Shown: positions 1-7,852 of the stretch, piece by piece
How the letters are laid out: every line of letters begins with the position of its first letter
How positions within the stretch are numbered: position 1 is the stretch's first letter
NCBI GenBank assembly: GCA_034722435.1
Contig: JAYENX010000002.1
Location: 1 to 22,380 of the forward strand
Direction of reading: 5' to 3'
Origin: Nanobdellota archaeon
GTDB taxonomy: Archaea; Nanobdellota; Nanobdellia; Woesearchaeales; JAHWHD01
Length of the DNA stretch: 22,380 nucleotides
Made by a program: the position numbers and the translations under genes
The notes under the pieces: generated by a model
What the model saw: the letters and a program-made list of their open reading frames with translations, nothing else
Told to the model about the DNA's origin: nothing
Database searches by the model: none

Positions 1-60
1 CTATTTATTTAAAAGACAAATCAATAAACATTTTAATACTCGTACTACTATTATTACTCT

Positions 61-378
61 ATGTTAATCTACAAAGAACGTGGCGGGGCAGCATTCGGTC
101 TTAATATGTTTATGACTACGCATGCATCTTGGCCATTCGCAACTATTGAGATATATCTTGACAAGTTGATAATCAAGTTTCTCTTTGTAAGGTTAGAATT
201 CTTAAAAAAAGATATTGAAATTGAAAAGATGATTCGAATATTTTCAAAAGGTATTAAGATTCACAATCCTAAATACAAATATACTGTTTTCTGGTCATTT
301 CATACAGATAAATTGATAGGAAAATTCTTAGAATCAGGGTATAGAATTAGAGAATCCCACAAGACTTATAAATTATAA
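61..378 (+). CDS. Hypothetical protein (105 aa)
   Basis: Clean ATG ORF with normal composition, an upstream AT-rich TATA-like tract and a GG..G...ASWPFA motif. No function recognised. Confidence 0.6.
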   Translation: MLIYKERGGAAFGLNMFMTTHASWPFATIEIYLDKLIIKFLFVRLEFLKKDIEIEKMIRIFSKGIKIHNPKYKYTVFWSFHTDKLIGKFLESGYRIRESHKTYKL

Positions 379-397
379 TTTTATTAATACTTATATT

Positions 398-1015
398 ATG
401 GATGGACATTCTAAAAAAAACTTATTCTTGTCAACGTTCTTATTTACATTAATATTCTTTATTGTCACATCATCATTAATTATTGCATCCGACATTAAAG
501 TTATAAACAAAAACGGAGATGTTGAAGTTTTATATTTAGGCTCTGATAATTATCAAACTTTAGAAGACGATTCTCTAGATGATGTATTATCTATAAAAAC
601 TGGTGACGGTTGGATAGACATTGACATTTTCCAAGTAACAACTATTGAATTAAAAGCAAATTCAATGATTAATCTTAATGAGATAAATATAAGGGGTAAA
701 GCTTTAGTAAAAACTATTGGTATTTCTAAAGTAGAAACAATGCATGCTTCAATCTTTACCGATCAAGCAGAATACGAACTAGATACAACCGGTTCAGAAA
801 CTATTATCCGTGTTCATACAGGTTCGGTTAAAATCAAAAATAACCTCGAAACATACATTGTGGAACAGTTTAATGAAGTGAATGTAACTCGAAATTCAAT
901 CTCTGAACCTTTTCAGTTTAAAGAACAAAATAAAACTTATCGTTGGGCTGGTTACTTAATTCTAATAGTCATTATTATTGGCTATCTATGGTTTAAAAAT
1001 GAAAAAATGAAGTAA
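398..1015 (+). CDS. FecR-like domain membrane protein
   Basis: N-terminal hydrophobic segment and C-terminal TM (WAGYLILIVIIIGYLWF). The central beta-rich pattern IKTG..IEL.ANS.I...VET.HA....Y.L....T.IRV.TG.V resembles the FecR domain. Confidence 0.6.
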   Translation: MDGHSKKNLFLSTFLFTLIFFIVTSSLIIASDIKVINKNGDVEVLYLGSDNYQTLEDDSLDDVLSIKTGDGWIDIDIFQVTTIELKANSMINLNEINIRGKALVKTIGISKVETMHASIFTDQAEYELDTTGSETIIRVHTGSVKIKNNLETYIVEQFNEVNVTRNSISEPFQFKEQNKTYRWAGYLILIVIIIGYLWFKNEKMK

Positions 1016-1059
1016 TAAATAAAAACCTTTAAAAAGCCCAATTCATTTAATCGTCTATT

Positions 1060-1260
1060 ATGGCAACTAAAAAAAGAGTAACTAAAAAGAAAACTACAAA
1101 AAAGAAAGTCGTTAGGAAGGTAACTAGAAAAACTCCTAAAAGAGTAATTAAGAAAAAAGTTACTAAATCCACTGAACCAAAACTTGATTGGTTATTTTGG
1201 CTCTTGACAACTATTATCGTTTTCGGTCTTGTCGTCGCAGTAATACAATCACTATTCTAG
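1060..1260 (+). CDS. Small Lys/Arg-rich (histone H1-like tail) protein with C-terminal transmembrane helix
   Basis: About 40 aa of KKT/KKV/RKV repeats followed by LDWLFWLLTTIIVFGLVVAVI. Upstream TTTAAAAA TATA-like box. Confidence 0.75.
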   Translation: MATKKRVTKKKTTKKKVVRKVTRKTPKRVIKKKVTKSTEPKLDWLFWLLTTIIVFGLVVAVIQSLF

Positions 1261-1836
1261 ATTTCCAAATTTACAACTAGAACAAGTACTGTCGACATAT
1301 ATCCAACCGTCATTAAGATACTTCTTAGGAGCTTCTGGATAAAATATTCTGTTATATGCATGTCCTGGTTTTACCATTATTTCGCTATTAACACCTATGG
1401 CTTTTAACATTGAAACAAGTAAAACACTTTTATCTTCACAATCTCCTGCTTTAGAGAACAATGTACTTTCTGGTGTTTGAATAAACTCTCTTGACTTAGG
1501 GTCAGAAACATAATCTATTTTATCTCTTATGAAATAATGTATTGCTTTAATCTGGCAGATTTTTATACCTGAATTACAACCTTCCGCAACAATCTTGTTA
1601 GCTGCTCTTTTAATGTCTGGAGATACAGGATACGCATATACATCATACAATCCATCAAACTCTCCTTGACTAATATCTTCTGATAAACTATAATCAATTA
1701 TAATCTTTGGTTCAGGGTTATGTTTTATTCCATAATGCGGAAAGATCATCACAACAATCAAGAATATGAGTGCAATACTGCCGATAACTTTTAAAGGTCG
1801 TTTCTTATCTTCTTCATACGTATCTTCTTCATTCAT
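1252..1836 (-). CDS. Transglutaminase-like (Cys-His-Asp) domain protein, membrane anchored
   Basis: GDCEDKSVLL, GHAY and WIYVDST motifs; N-terminal TM; GGAGGT SD; ATGA overlap with uppS. Confidence 0.85.
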   Translation of the reverse strand: MNEEDTYEEDKKRPLKVIGSIALIFLIVVMIFPHYGIKHNPEPKIIIDYSLSEDISQGEFDGLYDVYAYPVSPDIKRAANKIVAEGCNSGIKICQIKAIHYFIRDKIDYVSDPKSREFIQTPESTLFSKAGDCEDKSVLLVSMLKAIGVNSEIMVKPGHAYNRIFYPEAPKKYLNDGWIYVDSTCSSCKFGNLE

Positions 1837-2528
1837 TTCCCAAACCTCCTATCCCTTTTCTTAAAATCTTTTATACATGCATAAAAATCTTCTTTATCAA
1901 ACTCTGGAAACATTTTATCCAAAAAAATTAATTCCGAGTAAGCGCTTTGCCACATTAAAAAATTACTTAATCTTTTTTCGCCTCCAGTTCTGATAATTAA
2001 TTCTGGTTCAGATGATAGATACAAATAATTCTTAAAATTGTTTACATCGATATCTCCTTCATCAAGCATACCTTTCTTTGCCAGATGTATAACTTTATTT
2101 ACTGCATCAACAATCTCTTGACGACCTCCGTAAGCTATTGCAAAGTTTAACGTGAAATTATTGTAATCTTCAGTTTTATCCATTACTTTTTTAACCATTT
2201 CTTGCAATTCTTTATCAAACATATCAATTCTTCCGATAAATCTAACCTTTAATCTTTCCTCTTCAACTTTCTTATCGTCTAATAATCTTTGACATTCTTT
2301 CTTAAATATCTTTATCAAAAAATCAAATTCTATTTTCGGTCTATTAAAGTTCTCAGTTGAAAACGCATAAAGTGTTAATTCATTTACTCCTGTTTCTTTA
2401 CACCACTCACACATTTTTTCAATCTTATTGGCTCCTAGTTCATGTCCTTTCCAAGGTTCTAACATTAACCTTTTGGCAAACCTTCTGTTTCCGTCCATGA
2501 TGATTCCTATGTGTTTAATTTCTTTCAT
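1833..2528 (-). CDS. uppS: cis-prenyltransferase / undecaprenyl-diphosphate synthase
   Basis: HIGIIMDGNRRFA, TLYAFSTENFNRP, NFAIAYGGRQEI and IRTGGEKRLSNFLMWQSAYSEL motifs; GGTGA SD. Confidence 0.97.
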   Translation of the reverse strand: MKEIKHIGIIMDGNRRFAKRLMLEPWKGHELGANKIEKMCEWCKETGVNELTLYAFSTENFNRPKIEFDFLIKIFKKECQRLLDDKKVEEERLKVRFIGRIDMFDKELQEMVKKVMDKTEDYNNFTLNFAIAYGGRQEIVDAVNKVIHLAKKGMLDEGDIDVNNFKNYLYLSSEPELIIRTGGEKRLSNFLMWQSAYSELIFLDKMFPEFDKEDFYACIKDFKKRDRRFGK

Positions 2529-3055
2529 TCAATCACCTGCGTAAAACCTTTGCCCATGATAAGACCTATAAAGACTTCTTGCGGTACTGTTATTCCTGCA
2601 TTTGCAAACATCTCTGCTAATTCAAGACCACTTTTCTCTTTATCTCTTCCAGGTTTAAACGCTACAATCTTTTTCAATCCATCCGAGTAAAGATGCCCTT
2701 CATTAAGTTTAAGAGCGGTCTCTCTTTTTTTTATATTTACTGAGAGATTACTAAGATCTACAACTATCTTTTCAAATATCCATTTATTTTTACCTTTAGC
2801 AATAAAACCATGATTGAACAGTTCATGAGCAACCAAATCTTTCACAATATCTTCCTTATTCTTGCCCCTCACATAACTATTAACATTAGATATAGAATAA
2901 AATTCAAAGAAATTTTTATTGTTTTTTTCTTTCTTAAAATCAAAGACTCTTCCTATATACTTTTTTACGACTTGCTTGACCTTTCCTTTTGTCCATTTAT
3001 TCTCGACAAGATAAAGGTATGGCTTTCCTTTAATTTCTTTAATTCTTACAAACAT
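2525..3055 (-). CDS. Hypothetical protein with N-terminal beta-rich basic motif (ORF D-335 / IS1634 N-terminus-like)
   Basis: MFVRIKEIKGKPYLYLVENKWTKGKVKQVVKKYIG; ATGA overlap with uppS. No DDE domain visible. Confidence 0.7.
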   Translation of the reverse strand: MFVRIKEIKGKPYLYLVENKWTKGKVKQVVKKYIGRVFDFKKEKNNKNFFEFYSISNVNSYVRGKNKEDIVKDLVAHELFNHGFIAKGKNKWIFEKIVVDLSNLSVNIKKRETALKLNEGHLYSDGLKKIVAFKPGRDKEKSGLELAEMFANAGITVPQEVFIGLIMGKGFTQVIE

Positions 3056-3144
3056 AGTATAAGTTAGGCACTATATCTGGTTTATAAGTGTTTCTGTTGA
3101 ATTATTCTTAATTTACTATTAATAATTATCAATGAAATAAATTC

Positions 3145-3702
3145 TTACTCAGAAAAAACATTTCCTTCGAACCAATATACTTTAGTCTCTTTATCCATCC
3201 AGATATCAACTGGAAGGTTAGCTTTACTGCAAGTATGTTCTAAGAATTCTTTCACGCCCCATTTCCATTCAACAGGTACCTGTGGTAATAATAAACCTTT
3301 TTTATATTCTCTTTCAATTATCAATCCGTGCTTACCAATCTCAATTTTAGTAATATATTCTTCAGGATTATTTACTTTTATAAGCTCGGGCTTGCTTAGT
3401 ACTGTAACTTCTACCTTTATCTTATTCCATTCTTTCTCTGTAATAGCTGGAAATCTAGGATCTGAGAACGCAGCATTTTTTGCAGAATCAATAAGTGCTT
3501 TATATAATGGAAATGTTGGTTCTGCATAACCTATACATCCTCTAAGTTTGCCGTTAAGCACTAATGTTACAAAACATCCAGTATCTTTTTTGAACTCTTC
3601 TTTAAACTTATCACTAAGAATAAATTCTATTCCTTTGAATTTAGAGTCAATAACCTCTCGAGCAATCTTTAATAAAGTAATTCCTTGCTCATCAGAAATC
3701 AT
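3145..3702 (-). CDS. AMMECR1-domain protein (TIGR00296-like)
   Basis: GCFVTL...LRGCIG, AFSDPRFP, VEVTVLS and GLLLPQVPVEW motifs. Confidence 0.95.
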   Translation of the reverse strand: MISDEQGITLLKIAREVIDSKFKGIEFILSDKFKEEFKKDTGCFVTLVLNGKLRGCIGYAEPTFPLYKALIDSAKNAAFSDPRFPAITEKEWNKIKVEVTVLSKPELIKVNNPEEYITKIEIGKHGLIIEREYKKGLLLPQVPVEWKWGVKEFLEHTCSKANLPVDIWMDKETKVYWFEGNVFSE

Positions 3703-3974
3703 TTCGCTTTTTCGAAGTTCTTCAAGAACTTATCAAGGTCTTTCTTAACTCTTTTAGCAGCCTCAATTAAAGCTTTTTTCGGATCTTCCTTTCCATCAGT
3801 TTCAACTATGATCTTAGGTTCTGCAACTTCTGGATGTTCTACTTTATATGCTGCTGCCTTAACGTGCTTATCATTCCAAAGCTCTTTTCTTAGAATATTA
3901 CAAAAAGTATGATCTTCACCTTCAATCTCGACGATAATTCTATTTTTACCTTCTTCAACAATGCTTAGTTCCAT
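3699..3974 (-). CDS. rpoL: DNA-directed RNA polymerase subunit L (Rpo11)
   Basis: IEGEDHTFCNILRKEL...AAYKVEHP; 91 aa; purine-rich SD upstream. Confidence 0.97.
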   Translation of the reverse strand: MELSIVEEGKNRIIVEIEGEDHTFCNILRKELWNDKHVKAAAYKVEHPEVAEPKIIVETDGKEDPKKALIEAAKRVKKDLDKFLKNFEKAK

Positions 3975-4017
3975 TTTATTAAAACCCCCTTAATACTCTC
4001 ATTAGGAAATCACGTTA

Positions 4018-4025
4018 TTTATAAA
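4018..4025 (-). promoter_or_regulatory. TATA box (TTTATAAA) for the rpoL-AMMECR1 unit
   Basis: TTTATAAA about 45 nt upstream of the rpoL ATG. The same octamer recurs upstream of other genes in the window. Confidence 0.5.
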
Positions 4026-4123
4026 TCTTATTGTTAAATATTTTTGAAAATATTCTTGAAGGGTGTCAAACCAGGATTAGTGTTGTATAAACCTATATAC
4101 TAAATTAGGCACCACTTAAACTA

Positions 4124-4825
4124 CTAATTTCTATACTGTTTTACTATTCTCCAACATCCAACCGTAATTCTAGTTATACGTTTTGTATGATATTTCATTG
4201 ATTGTTTTAGTGGGAATTGGAATTCCCAGTAATGTGTAATTCTAGACTTTCTTTCGTCGGCAAATTTCTGAATGAACTTTTTCGTTGTAGCATTATGCAT
4301 TGAATAAATCGCTTTGCCAATCTCAAAAGCTTTCTCCAAAAACTCTCGATCTGCATTTTTTACTTTAGCCCCAAATGGGGGATTTTGAATCACTGTATCA
4401 ACATTTTCTTTGAAAGAACTCACTTTACATTTTTTTACAATATACTGACTATTTACATTATCTATTATATTCTCCCTTACAATATCCTTCGGGTTATTAT
4501 TGTTATTATCTATACTGCCCCTTACATCTTGTAGAATGTCTTTTATACTGTCTAGATTACTATTGCAGATATCTAACGCATCTTCATCTATATCTACAAA
4601 ATATACATATTTTGCGCCTAATATTAACGCTCCTATGCCTAATATCCCTGTGCCACATCCTAAGTCTGCGATAGTTTTTCCCTCTATATCGCCTTGTAAA
4701 TAGGCATTCCATAGTACTTCTGCAGCTATCTCGCTATCTGTAGGATACTGCTCTAACTTTATTTTTGCATCTTTAAAGACTTTTAATTTCGATAATATTA
4801 TTGCTAATCTTGATTTTGTAACCAT
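4124..4825 (-). CDS. METTL5-family (COG2263-like) SAM-dependent N6-adenine RNA methyltransferase
   Basis: LEQYPTD, DLGCGTGILG and QNPPFG motifs. Confidence 0.92.
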   Translation of the reverse strand: MVTKSRLAIILSKLKVFKDAKIKLEQYPTDSEIAAEVLWNAYLQGDIEGKTIADLGCGTGILGIGALILGAKYVYFVDIDEDALDICNSNLDSIKDILQDVRGSIDNNNNNPKDIVRENIIDNVNSQYIVKKCKVSSFKENVDTVIQNPPFGAKVKNADREFLEKAFEIGKAIYSMHNATTKKFIQKFADERKSRITHYWEFQFPLKQSMKYHTKRITRITVGCWRIVKQYRN

Positions 4826-5460
4826 TTTTATTTCAATTAAGATAACTTACGCTCACTTTTCAATTGTTTTCCATATTTGGAATCATTAAATTCTTTTCAA
4901 TCAATAATCAGTATATGATCTTTGTTTTGTTATTTATGTATTATTTATATTGTATTCGTATAGTATTCACATTCTATTCTTATATTGATATATGTTGCAA
5001 TATATGTTTTGACTATATAAACCTAATCCAATTAGATGAATCTTAAAATTCCTTTATTTGATTCATCAATTACAGCCCTTGTACTCTTAGAATTCTGCAT
5101 TTTCCCATTAAAACAAACATTTTCCTTCATTTGAATTAATAAAATTTGTTATTATGTCGATAAAATATCTATAAATCCAGCACTTACAACCCTTCAAACC
5201 CTTGAAATCGCGTATTTAGTACTTTTTACGGTCATATTTTAATTTTATTCTGTTTGCGATAATTACTACGTTAATTATGTTAAAACCCTTGAATTAAGCC
5301 ATTTCAGACCCTATAACTGAAATATTTAGTTCATTACGTTCTTGTTAATTTCTCTATGAACCTCTATTTAACTCTCATTTTGGGTAATTTTATACTTACA
5401 ATCCTATAATTCCTCTTAATTTATCACAATTCGTGCTGTTATAAGCTAAAAACTTCTGTT

Positions 5461-5491
5461 TTAACTCTCACTTTCGATTTATTTTCATATA
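5461..5491 (+). repeat. 31-bp bipartite repeat, left copy L1
   Basis: TTAACTCTCACTTTCGATTTATTTTCATATA. Confidence 0.85.
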
Positions 5492-5629
5492 TCTGTATTA
5501 TTTATACATATCTGGCATCATATTTCTCGTAGTATGATATCTGTATACACTACTCATTTTCTCTTATTATTTTGATTTATACGTTATATATTGATTTTTA
5601 TTTATTTTCATATAGTTGAACTCACTTAA

Positions 5630-5660
5630 TTAACCCTCACTTTTTACTTATTTTCATATA
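5630..5660 (+). repeat. 31-bp bipartite repeat, left copy L2
   Basis: TTAACCCTCACTTTTTACTTATTTTCATATA. Its reverse complement matches 8889-8920 with 2 mismatches and 1 indel. Confidence 0.85.
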
Positions 5661-5758
5661 TGTGGTATATTGTATTAGTACTATTCTAATAGTGCCTAAT
5701 GATCTATTATTAAATTTGAATAGTTGTCTATTTATTTTCATATACTAGCACTCATTTA

Positions 5759-5789
5759 TTTACTCTCATTTCTGATTTGTTTTCATATA
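5759..5789 (+). repeat. 31-bp bipartite repeat, left copy L3
   Basis: TTTACTCTCATTTCTGATTTGTTTTCATATA, 26/31 identical to L1. Confidence 0.8.
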
Positions 5790-6104
5790 CTGGGGCGAGT
5801 ATGTATATTTTCTATAAACCTGTTCTATCTTATTGTAAGTACAACTGAATTTACCTATTCAATTATTTTCATATATGTCTCATCACTTTCAATTTTACCT
5901 TTATTTCCTCTAAAAACCCACTCTTTCGCGCAGAATATTTCTTGATTTTTTTTAAATGATTTTTATTTTTGCAAAATTTCCATTTGAAATTTTTTAACTA
6001 AGGGGTTTATTTCATTTAGAACTATTTGAATGTTTTTTCTTTATTTTTTTGTTACAAATTTCTTTATTTTTTTAAAATATTTCATCGTTTTTTCACTTTT
6101 TTTA

Positions 6105-6375
6105 TAGTCTTAGTCCTAGTCTCTATTAGTCTTAGGACTATCTTCTGTTAGTCTTATCTTAGTCTCATTTTGGGACTATCATTGCGCGCGAAAGCGCGCC
6201 TCGCGTATTGTATGTGTGTAATTCTTACTTTGTAGTCTTAGTCTCATTCCCTTTATAGTCTTAGTCCTATCTTGGGACTGTCTTAAGTGTGATAGTCTTA
6301 GTCCTATTAAGACTAAGACTGTTTTTTTATCGTCGGCGCGCGCGCATAGTCCTATCTGGGATTGAGACTAAGACT
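6105..6375. repeat. Dense AGTC(T/C) / TAGTCTTAGTC iteron-like array in both orientations
   Basis: 13 AGTC on + and 7 on - within about 270 bp. AGTCTTAGTC at 6106, 6234, 6257 and 6294, inverted at 6311-6320 and 6366-6375. Confidence 0.92.
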
Positions 6376-7062
6376 GGCGTTTTCAACCTGTTTTGAGAAG
6401 TATTTTTTTTCTTTTCCGATTCTTAAGAAACCTATTTTTCCGTCTCTTTCTACCTCTTGTAAAATCCTGTAGAACGAGCTTTTTGAGCATAATCCTTGCT
6501 CATCGACAACCATTTCTTTCATTTGTAATCCTGATATTTCTTCATACTTTTGAATCAGTGAAACGATCAAATTTTTCACATATTCTTTACTATTTCTTGT
6601 GACTGTTTTTAGCACTTTTTGTTGTAGTGCAGTTTGCTGAATTTTGGGTTTTCCATAGGAAACGCCTTTCATTTTTTCTTCCATTATTTTTAGCTTTTCA
6701 GCCATATCCTGGAGAGGATAATGACCATCAATTAACTGCCTTATTTCATCATTTGTAATTGGTCTTTGGTTTTCTAGACCTTCTAATCTCATATTGACTC
6801 TTTGCAGTTCATTATGTGGATAGTGAGACTTATGCTCTAAGTCTAAAATTTTAGAATCAATCCTTTGTATTTCATAGGGTAAATGTGCAAATTGTTCAAG
6901 CCTTCTAAGCCTTTCATCATGCTCTTTATGCTGGCTATGGAAATATTGAATCCATTCACCTACGTTAGTGATATCATTTTTGATTTTAATGAACGCAGAT
7001 TTAAGAAAATTCTGGAATCTATTCCATCTATGTACATCAATATGTTTATCTCTCCACCCCAT
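6352..7062 (-). CDS. Coiled-coil protein with C-terminal winged helix-turn-helix (unknown function)
   Basis: LKSAFIKIKNDI motif, heptad-rich middle, and C-terminal KNLIVSLIQKY...SKSSFYRILQEVE..GKIGFLRIGKEKKYF wHTH pattern. Start placed at ATG 7062 (ORF track: 7104) because TTTATAAA sits at 7085-7092. Confidence 0.85.
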   Translation of the reverse strand: MGWRDKHIDVHRWNRFQNFLKSAFIKIKNDITNVGEWIQYFHSQHKEHDERLRRLEQFAHLPYEIQRIDSKILDLEHKSHYPHNELQRVNMRLEGLENQRPITNDEIRQLIDGHYPLQDMAEKLKIMEEKMKGVSYGKPKIQQTALQQKVLKTVTRNSKEYVKNLIVSLIQKYEEISGLQMKEMVVDEQGLCSKSSFYRILQEVERDGKIGFLRIGKEKKYFSKQVENASLSLNPR

Positions 7063-7148
7063 GTTTTTAAAAAACTCTTTTTTCTTTATAAATCTTTTCA
7101 TCATCTATATTGAAAAATTATTTAAACCAGCATCATAAATATGAAAAT
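7063..7148. promoter_or_regulatory. Back-to-back divergent promoters
   Basis: TTTATAAA at 7085-7092 (about 23-30 nt before ATG 7062) and A-rich BRE plus TTTAAA at 7121-7126 (about 23-28 nt before ATG 7149). The spacing fits leaderless transcripts. Confidence 0.6.
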
Positions 7149-7658
7149 ATGTTTTCAAAATCTCTAGAAATATTGAAACGCTCTTTAAAATCGTCCTTTG
7201 CAAAGATCAAAGAAGAGTTCGAGATGCATCTTTCATCTATTAATGACAATACTGGAGAAATTGCTGCCAACGCTGATCACATTTCAGACTTAGAACATCG
7301 TATTGACAAATTAAACGAGAAATTAGAGGAGATTCTCATGATTTTATCTCAGTTACCAAAAGAAACAAAATCTTTCATTATAAAGCCTCTGACGATAAAT
7401 GAGAAGCAAGTACTCATGGGTGTATACACTTCATCTAAACCTATTTCGTATGCAATTTTAGCTCAGAATTTAAACATTTCAGAATCTGTTGTGCAGTCAT
7501 ACGTCGAAGGTTTAATCTCAAAAAAGATACCTTTGATAATCACTCACAAGAATGCAACACCTTATCTTTCTTTGGATACTGACTTTAAGGAAATGCAGGC
7601 AAAAGAAAACATTTTAGGTATTGAGCAGAAACACTTGAACGAAACTTTTGAAAATTGA
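7149..7658 (+). CDS. Coiled-coil protein with C-terminal HTH/winged helix (unknown function)
   Basis: LKSSFAKIKEEF motif, coiled coil ISDLEHRIDKLNEKLEEI, and HTH LTINEKQVL...ISYAILAQNLNISESVVQSYVEGLISK. Start placed at ATG 7149 (ORF track: TTG 7110). Confidence 0.85.
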   Translation: MFSKSLEILKRSLKSSFAKIKEEFEMHLSSINDNTGEIAANADHISDLEHRIDKLNEKLEEILMILSQLPKETKSFIIKPLTINEKQVLMGVYTSSKPISYAILAQNLNISESVVQSYVEGLISKKIPLIITHKNATPYLSLDTDFKEMQAKENILGIEQKHLNETFEN

Positions 7659-7774
7659 TTACAATTTTTGCAATTTGAATTTCTAATCTTCAATCAAAAA
7701 TCTAATTTATTTTTTTTCAAAAAAATTTAAAAAATTATTGAAAATTTTTACAAAAATCACAATTTTTTTATACT

Positions 7775-7802
7775 AGTTCGCACAATATACATTGTGTGTA
7801 CC
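7775..7802. other. dif-like Xer recombination site (11-6-11)
   Basis: Minus strand GGTACACACAA-TGTATA-TTGTGCGAACT. The arms are 8/11 inverted to each other, the site is 21/28 identical to E. coli dif GGTGCGCATAATGTATATTATGTTAAAT with an identical spacer, and it lies 50 bp upstream of the xer ORF. Confidence 0.75.
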
Positions 7803-7852
7803 TTTGACTATATGAAAAGAAATATACTTTGCTTTTTTACCTAAATTAGGGT

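Larger units (their letters stand above)
5482..5875 (+). repeat. Six exact TTTTCATATA direct repeats (three inside the 31-bp units, three stand-alone)
   Basis: Starts at 5482, 5605, 5651, 5735, 5780 and 5866. Confidence 0.9.

Noticed and set aside
2525-3055. Active IS element
   Set aside because: No DDE catalytic domain, terminal inverted repeats or target-site duplication seen, and the gene is embedded in an operon.
4490-4510. Poly-Asn insertion (DNNNNNP) in the METTL5-like protein
   Set aside because: In-frame low-complexity loop expansion, and the catalytic motifs are intact.
4864-5945. ORF-track ORFs 4864-5046 and 5724-5945
   Set aside because: F/I/Y/L-biased translations of AT-rich repeat DNA with weak starts and no motifs; treated as non-coding.
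5461-6375. CRISPR array interpretation of the repeats
   Set aside because: Units are irregularly spaced (45-169 bp), degenerate or in both orientations, with no constant repeat-spacer period and no cas genes.
6105-6375. Similarity to the Sulfolobus SegB site (recalled, not verified, to contain AGTCTAGACT)
   Set aside because: Short match only. SegB is a ribbon-helix-helix protein whereas the neighbours here look like wHTH, and no SegA/ParA ATPase is present.
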